Source: Thalia democratica (taxonomy: Eukaryota). From it: a stretch of 64,000 bases of DNA. Under the pieces are notes generated by a model. The model was not told the DNA's origin and did not search any database. It saw nothing but the letters and a program-made list of their open reading frames with translations. The stretch lies in the NCBI GenBank assembly GCA_965202585.1, contig OZ241831.1, positions 52,948,001 to 53,012,000 on the forward strand, written 5' to 3'. Numbering within the stretch: the first letter of the stretch is position 1; each line of letters begins with the position of its first letter. Made by a program: the position numbers and the translations under genes. Positions 1-10,730 of this stretch are shown here, in pieces.

Positions 1-1094
1 ACTATTTAAAAGTATTTTAAAGTAAACTTGTAAATTTTTTTGTTAGGTTATTTTACATAAAGTACTATTATTTTAAGTAATCTGTCAGATTAAAAACATT
101 CATGTAAAATTTAGAATAGTTAAAGAAAAATGCAGAATATACTGTAATACTTTAGGGTCCATCAAAAAAAAAGTTTTAGTGGTCATAAATACGAATAAAA
201 TTATTTAATAAGTTAGACCTATAAATTAAATTCAGATCCTATAAAACTTCCCTTCTTAAAAAATATTTGTTAAAGTGTAGTGCACATTTACAACTAAAGT
301 TTAATACGTGCGATATATTGATTGAATTGTTTTTTTTTAATCTATAGTAGTAGAAGTACTATAGTTTATTAAAAATCGCAAAAAATTGGGAAAAGAAGCA
401 AAAATTTGCCAAAAAATAATGTTTAAAAACTGAAAATATATATCTAACAAAAACTATTTTTATTGTGTCATATACATTTTTTTAAATGTGTCTGTACAAA
501 CAAAGATAATACTCATAGAAATAATAATAATAATACATTATTTTCAAACTTAATTTACTCTAACTAAATATTAAAAAAAAAGCATCTGTGTACACTTTTT
601 GCATACGAATTAATTTAAAGTGCACAAAAAACTTCTAAAAAATCAAAAAGTGTCGAAAAAAAAATATAATAAACCTTTGTTTTTATTATTGTGTTATTTA
701 TAATGTGTTTGTGGACACTTTAATGTAAAACATCTGCAGGAGAAACATAGGTGTAAATTACACGTTAAACTAAACTTGTAAAGAAATGAAATTTTAGTAA
801 ATTACTGTGCATTAACTCTTGTAGATAATGGACAACATGTGCGTTTAGTTTATTTATTAGATAATTATTGTATATATGACTTTCTAAATCTTTACACTCT
901 GTTTCAGTTAATAGCTTCATGTTGTAAGAAAAAAGTTATTACAAAACTTAAAAAAAAAGTAGTCGAATGCTATTCTGTCTTTTTCGCATATTTAAGCCAA
1001 AGCAGTAAAGTCTTTTATTAGTTTTTAAATGTTATACAAGGACATATATCAAAACACTTCAAATTAAATCAATCTACCGAAAGAAAGTTGACTG

Positions 1095-1240
1095 AAAATA
1101 ACTTTTCGCTCAGCGGGTCACATTAATATGCTCGCGGGCTACACGATATTATTTCAGAGGCCGTATTCAATTCGAAAAATAAGCGTGCTTGCGGGCCGCA
1201 GACTTGCTCTTCGCGGGCATCAGTTTATCCAGACCTGCTC
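1095..1240. mobile_element. Terminal part of a GC-rich non-autonomous hAT (Charlie/Buster-like) MITE
   Basis: Clustered gcggg(c/t)(c)gc motifs (gcgggtcac, gcgggctac, gcgggccgc, gcgggcatc) in AT-rich DNA, ending in ccagacctg. Related motifs occur at ~22620-22830 and ~52240-52790. Boundaries are approximate. Confidence 0.4.
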
Positions 1241-2585
1241 TCGATAATCGACGTTGAAAAAAAATGAACCACAAGTAAAATAGCATAGTTTTATTATAAG
1301 GCAAGAAAAGTAAATTTTCACCAGAGCAGAACTGTTTTTGTTATAAAAGACCTTTTGTTCAAAAACGACTATTCGGGTAAAATTGAGTTCGTACAAAAGT
1401 GAATCTTCGTGCATAATTGTCCCTTTGTGATTTTTAGACTACCATACCTTACTTATCAATAAAATTATTATTAGCTTAAGTGTTTAAAATAGTAAAGATC
1501 GTAAGCATTGAAAACCAAATTATTATGCAACCAGAAATTAAACAAAACTATTATTCACACCTGAATGTAAAACCTATAAAGCTAGTAAAAATCGTTAAAT
1601 ACAAATAATTTTGCAACTAAAGAAACGAATCATGCTTTAACAAATTTGTAGCTAAAAGTTCATTAAAAGTACAGTCGTTAAGCATCAAGTATTAGTTATT
1701 TTTATGTAAAATATTAAGTAAAATGTATGCTAAATAGATTAAATTAGTTATGTTATTATCTATTTGCTGTAGAAATTACAAATATGAGTTGGTTTTTTCA
1801 GTTCATTAGTATTTTCTTAGTATATGTTATCCATAATAAATAAAATCAAGTTTGGTAAAAGTAGTGTTTTTAATCTGCTTTGTTTCGTTTAATGACAAGC
1901 CTATACTATAAGTTTTCTGGTTTTGGTATAATTCATTATAAATGATTAAAAAAATAATTTATCAGTGTCCGACTTTAGTGTTTGCTAAATATTACAAAAG
2001 ACACATATCAGGCAAGGTTTTAAACTATAAATCTTTACTAACAATAAATTATCTAGTTAAACAAATGTTTGTGTTTTATTTCATTTTTATGAAAACGTTT
2101 TTATTGAAACTATATGTCACTTTCAACTTTTATTCGTTGTTAAAATTATGTTTACATATAATAGAGAAGACAACAGTATTCGTTTTTTTTTCCTCATGTT
2201 TATTTAAACGTATAAAATAACTTGTAATATATAGATCCTAAAACATTAAATAATTACGATTAAAAAAACAGAAAAAGAATTTAGAAATTTTTCTAAGAAA
2301 ACTTGCAAAGCATTTTCCTCAAGAATTTTTTGAAGTAAAGAAACCGAAGTGGGATTAACATTAACACCTAAAACCAAATAGACACATAAACAAATTCAAT
2401 TAAAAACATCTTACTATTATTACTTTTTAAACTTAGAAACAAAAAGTTAAAATAAAAAACTTAGAAACAAATAAATTAAAGTTAAATGTTAACCCAATTT
2501 CATTAACTAAAAGTATTTTAAACTAATTTTACATATAACTTTTTCAAAATAATAAGACAAGACTGTTATTACATACCTTACTTTA

Positions 2586-4286
2586 TTATTCATCTAACTC
2601 AAATATAATTAGGTAGGCTGGAATTAAGTCCGAACGATTTCTTACACTACCGTAGTCGTTATTTCCAAATATACCTTCCCTTGTTACACTTTTCCTGCTA
2701 TCCTCGATAATGTTCTCCTTTTTCTGATCTTGATAGTTATCCTCTGAACAGACAACAAAAACAAATGACAACTTTTTTACTGTTTTATCAACTTCACAAT
2801 AATTACTACGACCAACATGTGTTGCTAAACTTAAATTTGTTGTAGTTTGTTGTAGTGCTGAGTTAAAAGTTTTTAGGCCGGTCTGATAATTAAGATAACC
2901 TTTTGTCAGAACATATTTTACTTCATTTGCTTTAACACCATTTAGATAAAGGTACTTTTTTTGAAAGTTAAGAACTTCATTTTTGTCAGTAGGGTTAATT
3001 CTAAACATATGTCTAATTTTTGGCATAACTTTAGCATTTTTGTTATTAAATGAACGCAAAATTAACTTGTAATCATCATTATCTTTATGTAGAAGTTCTG
3101 TACTAAATTTTCTTTTTTCGTCATATTTTGTCTCATAAATGCTGCTTAATTGAAAAGAAAGCTGTTCTATGTTTGAACTAGTATGACATTCTAATGCAGA
3201 TAAGAAACATTTAATTTTTGCTAGATAGTTTCTATTAATTTCCTTCTTTAGCTCTTCTGTTATCATTATAAAGGAATACTCGGATAATTCATTTAAAAGA
3301 TTATTTTTTTCGTTAGTTTTTCGATTTGTATTATAGTTGACAGCATTTTTTGCAAATCTTTTTATTTTTAAACAGTTGTAAAGTATTCTCTTAACTATGT
3401 CGTATACACTTGTTTTTTCTTCAATTTCAATTAAATAAGCAGGCACAACTAAATTATGGTGAGCTAATACTATGTTTTCGTGATTTATATTTTGAAATGA
3501 GCCTTTTAAAATTTTTCTTTTATGGCTATCATACATATCTAGCGAAACTGTTTCAGTTTTAGGAGATTTCTTAAACCAATTATTAAATATTTTTACTGAT
3601 GGATCATTATTTAGATAATCTTCAAAGGACATTTCTTGTGGAAATAGACTACCTTGTAGGCATATCTCAGGACTAGGTACACTGTTAACAAAAAAGTATC
3701 TAAAGTTTTTAATCTTTTTCTCTTCTGTAGCACAACACTTACCGTAATCATATGCATAACTAAAACTATCAGTAAGATAAACTCCAGGTCCATAAGACCC
3801 CTTTTTGGATGGATTAAATCCTGTTTTTAAGATTCCTGCAACATTTTGTGCTTTAGTTCCATGAAGTAGAAGAATTTGGTTAGAATCGCTTGACTCAGTT
3901 GAAATGTTGACGTTTGACACTACTCGGTATATTTTAAAGCTATTAGTTTTCTGTCTAAAATCTAATTGATTTCTAGAGTATTTTGTAGTAAAATTATCAT
4001 TAATTATTATCGAACTTTTTAGGAGTTCGTAATCTGGATCATTTGTTTTCAACAGCTCAAGTTTGTATTTAAAACCAGGAAGCACATATTTTTTGAAACT
4101 TGCAATATCATATTCACATAACTCTTTAGCATTTTCAAATACCATTCCTTTTTCGTAATCATTTTTTACTACATTTATTTCCTCTTCCGCTTTCCTAACA
4201 ATATTTTGTAGAAAATTTCTACAACCAGGGTGACTTTTTGAAAACTTTTCAACTTTATTTTTAATTGACTGCATTTTTAAATTCAT
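2586..4286 (-). CDS. Tandem ADP-ribosyltransferase (PARP-like catalytic domain + degenerate PARP-like domain), copy 1, intact, 566 aa
   Basis: Uninterrupted 566-aa ORF. Domain 1 (~aa 73-289) has LLLHGT (H142), GSYGPGVYLT (Y170), AYDY and ENIVLAHHNLVVPAYLIEI, matching the PARP/ARTD catalytic fold. Domain 2 (~aa 393-564) repeats the layout (ELLHKDNDDY..FRINP..LYLNGV..FVFVV..LIPAYLIIF) without catalytic motifs. Confidence 0.9.
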   Translation of the reverse strand: MNLKMQSIKNKVEKFSKSHPGCRNFLQNIVRKAEEEINVVKNDYEKGMVFENAKELCEYDIASFKKYVLPGFKYKLELLKTNDPDYELLKSSIIINDNFTTKYSRNQLDFRQKTNSFKIYRVVSNVNISTESSDSNQILLLHGTKAQNVAGILKTGFNPSKKGSYGPGVYLTDSFSYAYDYGKCCATEEKKIKNFRYFFVNSVPSPEICLQGSLFPQEMSFEDYLNNDPSVKIFNNWFKKSPKTETVSLDMYDSHKRKILKGSFQNINHENIVLAHHNLVVPAYLIEIEEKTSVYDIVKRILYNCLKIKRFAKNAVNYNTNRKTNEKNNLLNELSEYSFIMITEELKKEINRNYLAKIKCFLSALECHTSSNIEQLSFQLSSIYETKYDEKRKFSTELLHKDNDDYKLILRSFNNKNAKVMPKIRHMFRINPTDKNEVLNFQKKYLYLNGVKANEVKYVLTKGYLNYQTGLKTFNSALQQTTTNLSLATHVGRSNYCEVDKTVKKLSFVFVVCSEDNYQDQKKENIIEDSRKSVTREGIFGNNDYGSVRNRSDLIPAYLIIFELDE

Positions 4287-4301
4287 TTATTTGTTTAACA
4301 G

Positions 4302-4322
4302 CTATAAAATAATTTTAGTTAG
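4302..4322 (-). other. 3' splice acceptor (CTAAC branch point + ttttatAG) 15 nt upstream of copy 1 ATG
   Basis: The minus strand reads aaaCTAACtaaaattattttatAG|ctgttaaacaaataaATG. Equivalent acceptors occur at 26107, 41215 and 63034. Confidence 0.55.
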
Positions 4323-4447
4323 TTTTTAATTATACTTTTGCACCACTTGTTTTTATAAACAACTTCAATACAACTGATAGTTAGGTAAATTTAAAAGAAT
4401 TATTTCTGAGGCACAACAGTCAGAGAGTGGTTTGTCCTGGCTGAGTA

Positions 4448-4482
4448 CCTGATGCCAGATTACCAACAAGAAATTTTATATA
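4448..4482 (-). promoter_or_regulatory. Core promoter of ART copy 1: TATA box (TATAAAA from 4480) and Inr-like TCA with A at 4450
   Basis: TATA-to-Inr spacing is 30 nt. The same arrangement recurs in the other three copies with spacings of 30, 31 and 32 nt. Confidence 0.55.
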
Positions 4483-6664
4483 GGCTTTTAATTAAGTTGT
4501 GAAAACATTCTACGCCAAGAGGAAAATTCAAGATAAAATCAACGATTCTAAACATTTATAAAAAATGTCGTAGCTAACCATTACATTATACAGTTTTATA
4601 AATAAAAAACTCTAAAAAAAATGAAGTCTAAAGCTCTCTGGCTAATACATTTATAAAGTGACACTATTTCACAGTGAAGTAGTTGAAAAGCATTTTTTAT
4701 AAAAGTTTCCAAAAGTCACTTTCTTATTAAAAAAGTTGTAACATTCGATATTCAACCATATAAGTTCAAAATTTAAACTGTTAATATATCTTACAAATGT
4801 TTAAGCAATTAAACATTATATTTTCATTTCAAGCTTGAATACAAATATAATTAAAACTGATAATGAAATAAATAATAATCTTATTACATTAAAACAATTT
4901 TTTAAATAGATTTCTCACAGGAATTAGGGCATACAATGTAATAGGGTACTATTTTTCTAAGCTCTATATAAAAATTGTTTTCAAGAATTAATAATTATGT
5001 TATTAACTATTAAGATAAAATCAGCTGTGTAAAAATTTTTGTATGAAACACAGTTTTTACACTGGTATTTGTTTGGAAATTTCACAAAAAAGTACCACAA
5101 GGTTCTCCCTTTTTGCCTAAAATAAAAAGCACCTTGTGAAACAAAATACCCAGATTAAGTATTATTAAACTAGCCTGAATCAATTTAAGATTATGATAAA
5201 AATCAATAGCCTATATATTATGCAATCCTGTAATTACTACAAACTATTTATTTACTAAAAATTTTCATATAAACAAATTATAATAACAAAATAAAAAATT
5301 GTTAAAAAAAATATATGAGATAAACACTTAATTTCAAATAACAAGAACTAAAATAAAATATATGAAAACATTCAAAGGATAAGTTTTGCAATAACTACTA
5401 GAAAGAGTTTTACAAATCATCTGAAAAATTGTAGAACTATTCAAAGTTTTATAAAATTTTAAACCAGCTTGAGTCTATAACAGCACTTTATATTATAATT
5501 TATTAGTTTCTATCCTAATAAGAAAAGCTTTAAAAAAAAGTTATATTTATATTGTAATAAAAACTTAGTTTTATATGAAAAAAGTATTAAAAATTTAAAT
5601 AAAACAGTCTTTGAAATAAAAAAATTGTTTAATTTTTGAATTATAAATGATGCTTTTCTGTTATAAACCCAAAAAAGTTTCAATTAAAGAGGACATTTTA
5701 TACAATTCTAAAATTTTCATACCAATTTTTAAAATATCATTGGAAGATGAGTGGTCTGAACTTGAATATCAGTTACTGCAAAAGATATATTTAACATTAT
5801 ACTTGAACAGTGCTTTTTAAAGTACTTGTATACAAAAGTTTAAGCTTGTTTGAATAAAAATTCAGAATAAATAATCTATTTAAAGTTATAAAAAAGGATT
5901 CTTATCTTTTTAAGTTTAATCAAACGTTTTAAATGACAAAACTTGAAATTTTACTAGTATTCAAAGTTTCACCTATTTGAGTCAAAAAAGCTATCTCGAG
6001 TTGTTATTGAGCTTTTTTCAAATCTGATTATTTTCTAAACTTTTTAAATTCAAAAAAAAAAAAAACAAGTTCTTAAAATAAGTTGTTTACAAAACACAAA
6101 ATATTTAAATATAATCTCATAAACAATCTTGAAAAAAAACTATCTTCAGATTATAATAAAAAAAAAACATCTTCAGCTTCTTAAGAAATAAATATCGTAT
6201 GTCAGCCAGAGTTTTAAATATAAGACTAAAAGTATCCGGAAATATTGAAAAATTACAAAGTACTCTGATATATCCTGAGTGTATTGTGATCTTAAACATT
6301 TCCTTAGTTTTTATAAAATTAAGGCTTTTTAAAAATTTTATCAGTAAAAATTCAAACTAATTTTTTTGTAATTAAAAAAATCCTATTTTTTTAAATAGTT
6401 AACTAATTTTTTTTTGACTAATATTTTAGATTGAGATAATGAGATTATGCTATACTTAGCTAATGAAAGTTGAAAATCATTTTTGCTAAAATGAAAAAAT
6501 ATAAATACATCGTTTGAAATTATTTAATTTTGTTGAGGCGCCTATAAGTTTAGAAATTTTATGGTGAATTAATTTATAATGCTATTCTTAATAAGGTTAT
6601 TTTTATATAAAATAAAAAGACAACAAAAGTAACTGGTTTGAAAGCTGATTGAAATAACCATAGA

Positions 6665-7111
6665 CATGGTTGTCAAAGGATTTTGTAATTTTCTTCCAGG
6701 TTAAAAAAATCAAGTTTTTAGTCCATTCTTAGTATACAATAAAGCTTGAGATAAATTAAGGATTTTAAATGTCTCATCTAGGTTTTTGAAAGTACAGGTT
6801 TTTTCGTCTATTTCTAGTTTAAAGTTTAGTTAAAGGTTTGAAACTGACTTAAGTAGAAAATAACATTTGAAAGATACTGTAAAGCTACTTTAATTGTTTT
6901 TTTTTAGAAAAATTAGATGATGATACAAAAGTTTCATCTATATTCTGTATGACTAATCTTTTGTTTCAATTTCAAATGTAAAAGTAGTTTGAAATTCAAG
7001 CCTTATTAGTTATTTTTGTTAATTTTTTCGGTTTTATTTTTCAAATATATCTTAAGTTCCATGTATTGTTAGCTTTAATTGTCAGCTTTAATTGGTTTTT
7101 TGGCAACCTAG
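6665..7111. mobile_element. Degenerate MITE of the (C/T)AGGGTTGCCAC-TIR family, predating the duplications
   Basis: catggttgtcaa...tttggcaacctag. Paralogous copies lie at ~28296-28503 and 44704-45108. Confidence 0.5.
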
Positions 7112-7524
7112 AAAGTTTGAAAGATTTTGTTAAAGTACTTAAAATATATTTTAATATAAAAAAGTGAAGTTATACAAACTTTTTTAACCTTAAAATAGAT
7201 TGTCTATCATTTTATACATCTGACTTTACTTCTCTTATTTTTAACAGGTCGGAGAAGATTTTAAAAGTTTGTTAAAATAGCAAATCAGTATTATATTAAC
7301 TTTAGGATAAAAAAAATCATAGTTTTGTAATTTTTTCTGAAGACATATTTAAATATTTATTAATACTTACACTTTGGGAATAGAGAGGTCAATTTTTATA
7401 AAATTAGAAATAACATTTTATCTTATTTGAAAGCTTAAACTACAAACTAAATGCCTGTTTTTAAAGATTGAAAAAAAACCTTATTTTAAATTTGAAATAT
7501 TTTAATTATAAAAAAAATTACTGG

Positions 7525-8045
7525 TACAAGCATATGGACCGCATATTTTTTGGGGTTAATTTTCTTGAAAATTAAAAAAAAAAACTGTTAATCTATCTAC
7601 TCCTTCATTTTTTAAGCTAGATACCTCAAACTTTTACAGAAACACTCCTTTAATAGTTTTTAAGACTTTGAAGTTGCAATTTTAATATTAATTAAAAAAT
7701 TAAAATTTTTGATAAAAAAACAAAAAAGGTAGGTGGTTTTTTTGAAATAAAAATTTCGGCTTTAAAATAAAAAAAAGATCAGCATTCAATATTTTTGAAA
7801 TTTAATAATAGAGTTTCTGTGAAAATTTGAAGAAGATTTCCTAAAAAATGAAGGAGGATATCGATTTGTGAAGAATTGATCTTTTTTCGCGTTTTTAATT
7901 TGCCTATTGAGGTCACTAATTCTGATCTCTCATATCTCAAAAACTACTTTGTATTTTAAGTGTGAAAAAACTCTGATAGCTCAGATAAAACAGTATAAAA
8001 CAAGACCAAGTTGTAAAAATCAAGGTGGACTCCCTATGCCCTTAA
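7525..8045. mobile_element. Decayed non-autonomous DNA transposon (possibly Kolobok-like, ending gcccttaa)
   Basis: A distinct, slightly GC-richer block with internal complementary motifs (tctactccttcattttt / aaaaatgaaggaggata). A related fragment lies at ~42050-42230. The left end is unclear. Confidence 0.35.
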
Positions 8046-9931
8046 TATTTCAATTAATCTGAAAAACTTATTTGAAGACTTTAAATACACTTAATTTCTA
8101 TATATTTTTAGATTTTTAATCAGTTTTTCATTTTAAGCTGTTACTCCTAGCTCTTTTAGTTACTATAAAACTATCAGAAATATCTAAAAACTGCCTTGAG
8201 TTACCTTCGATTGCCCTAAGTCATCCTGATTTTTTTTTCAAATACTTAATAATAATTATAAAACTATCCTCTGACACAAACTGCTCATACATCACAGTTT
8301 TTTTTAGAAATTAAAATAAATACTGTGTATGTATGCTTCTGCATTAGATTCTGACTAAATATATGAAAAATATGGTTTTTAACAATTGAAGGTTAAAATT
8401 TAAATGAATTGAGATTAAGGACATAGGGGATGGTAAAACACTTTTTTCACAATTTTATCTCATTTATATAGTTTTTACTAAGCTACAAGATGCTTAAATA
8501 GTAAAATATATTCAAAACAGTTTTTAAGATATCAACAATAGGTCCTTTAAGGGAGAAGCACAAAAACTTCAAAAACCTTAAAATTCCAAAACAAATTAAA
8601 ATAAGTATGCCAGGTGTGAAATGTATATTATATTCTTTTGTTTAAATAATTTTTACCATAACTTTCAAGTTCAGTAGAAGCAAAACACAAAACATTTTCA
8701 AATGAAAAATTTTAGAAATTTTGGAATCACAATAACATTTCAGTAATGGCCTTATCAACTTCCAATTTTTTTTTTATGTTTTTGTAAATAACTGTTTAGT
8801 TATTGGAATTCAACTGATAAGACCAATGTTAATAGCTCAAGTTATGAAGGATACCTCATTTAAACAAAATGATGTATCCTTGAAACCCGATTGAAATTTC
8901 TTTATAAAAAACATATATTACCTAACATTATTAAACTTCTTTAAATAATGTATACTAAATTTTAGTTGAGCTATAAAAATTTCAAGAACAGTTAAAAGTT
9001 AGGATGATAAACTTTAAAAAAAACATTTTTATTTAACTATTTTGAATATCCAATTTGTTTACACTTTTAATGTGAAAATGGTTTCAACTGTAATAACATT
9101 GTTTTATTTTACTTTACAAGTGGAAATAAAATTCACCTTAACTCAACAAGATTTTCAGAGACAAATTATTATATCCCTAGAGTAAACAGTTGTTATGGTT
9201 CTAAAACCTTATCCTATCTTGGATGTAAAGTATAGGAGGAAATTCCAAGAAGCCTAAAAGGTTATAGCTACCTTAGAGTTTTTCAATCTAGACTAAAAAT
9301 TGTTTTACTCTAAAATCAATCAGATAGAAGTCAAACTTGATTATCTCTATATTTTTATTAACTAAAACAAATTTTTGGTATTGGTGTATTCGTAATAGAT
9401 TTTTGGGCTGATAGATGAAGGTTTGACTGGGTGTGGGCAGATATAGCTTGGTTTTTGAAATTTGGGATGTAGTGCTGCTGTTTTGTCTCCATTGACAATG
9501 TGGCTAAAGATAGATTTATGAGTTAGATGAATATAATTTTTTTTTTTACAGTGAAACAATAATATGTTTAACTATCTTTAATAGTTTGAAAATTATTTAC
9601 TTGCTAGTATATTATTATTGTAAAAACAGCTAAATTCCGATATACAAGTAATAAAAGTTAATAAGTACGTACAGTATTATTAGATAGCATATTTATTTGT
9701 TTGTGAAATTATTTACTATAGTTATTATTTTCCTTGTTCCTTTATTAAGTTTATTCTAATAATTATTTTTTACTTTTTAACCTGTTTTTGTTTAAAGTGT
9801 ATTAGGTATTTATCAAGTATTCTTCAAATTCTACTCTACATTAAAAAGTGTGATTACTTTTTTTGTAGCTATTTACATTGCCTTAATTTTTACAAAAATT
9901 ATAGTTATGGGAATTAGCAATCATAGTTGAG

Positions 9932-10730
9932 CATGGTTGCCACAGATCAGACTGAGACAAATTTCCTAATTTTTCCTGACTTTTTACCAAAGTTTTCCTG
10001 ACTTTTCTAAATCAAACTCTTAAATTAAACTAAACAAATACAAAACTTAACACTTAAAAATATATTAAGTTTTCAATCTAATTTTATTACAGGTTAAACG
10101 TTAAAATATCAGTTTTTTTGCTGAATTCAATTATAAAACTTCTATTACATCACTTGAACCATCTGTGTATGAGTAATGTATTTGCAATAAACAGCTCTAA
10201 CAGCTAAATACTTGTACTATTACCTTATAAACACAGCTTGTCTGAAAAAAAAAACAATTTTTTAGCATTTTCCAGCATAAGTGTTTCTAAATAAACCAAA
10301 CAACATATAAGGAACTTACACAATTAAAACATTAAATTAATAACGAGCTTTAACAAATAAAATCTTAAAACAATAACATACTTGTTCAATATATTAATAG
10401 AAAAATTTTGCAGTTATATAAAATATATTTTACTAATTTATACCAGATGAAGGCATTGGAAACTAAAAAACTTTCTAAATTTCTAGGAAAAATTTGGAAT
10501 TTTGTTCTGAATTTAAAGGGTTTTCAATTAGTTTTTACCATTTAAAGGCTTTGGAAAATAAGAAATTTAAAAAAAAATAAACTGACTAAATCTGGCTTTA
10601 TTTTTTAAATTTCCTCACTTTCCCTGACTTTTTTTCAAAAACCCTTATTTTTCCTGACTTTTGTCTTTTTTATTTATTTTTCATGACTTTTCCTGATTTC
10701 CTGACTTTTCCTGACCTTGTGGCAACCCTG
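9932..10730. mobile_element. MITE with CA(T/G)GGTTGCCACA terminal inverted repeats and a 6-bp TSD (gttgag)
   Basis: Left end catggttgccaca (9932), right end tgtggcaaccctg (10730). Flanks 9926-9931 and 10731-10736 are both gttgag. Subterminal ttttcctgac repeats are present. Confidence 0.8.

Larger units (their letters stand above)
4287..7130. repeat. Paralogous upstream block of the ART duplication unit (collinear with 26091-28560, ~41200-45110 and 63019-64000)
   Basis: Shared collinear anchors include gcacaacagtcagagag..cctgatgccagattacc (4410/26217/63135), aaagtgacact (4655/26468), gagtggtctgaacttgaa (5749/27577), atcctgagtgt.ttgtga (6272/27922) and ataaccatagaca.ggttgtcaaagga (6654/28283). 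Weaker homology continues to ~13400 versus ~48150. Confidence 0.8.

Noticed and set aside
839-2220. Short ORFs rich in F/L/I/K/Y (839-1021, 1220-1414, 1942-2220 and similar ones throughout)
   Set aside because: This composition is expected from random AT-rich DNA. There are no motifs, and several start at non-ATG codons.
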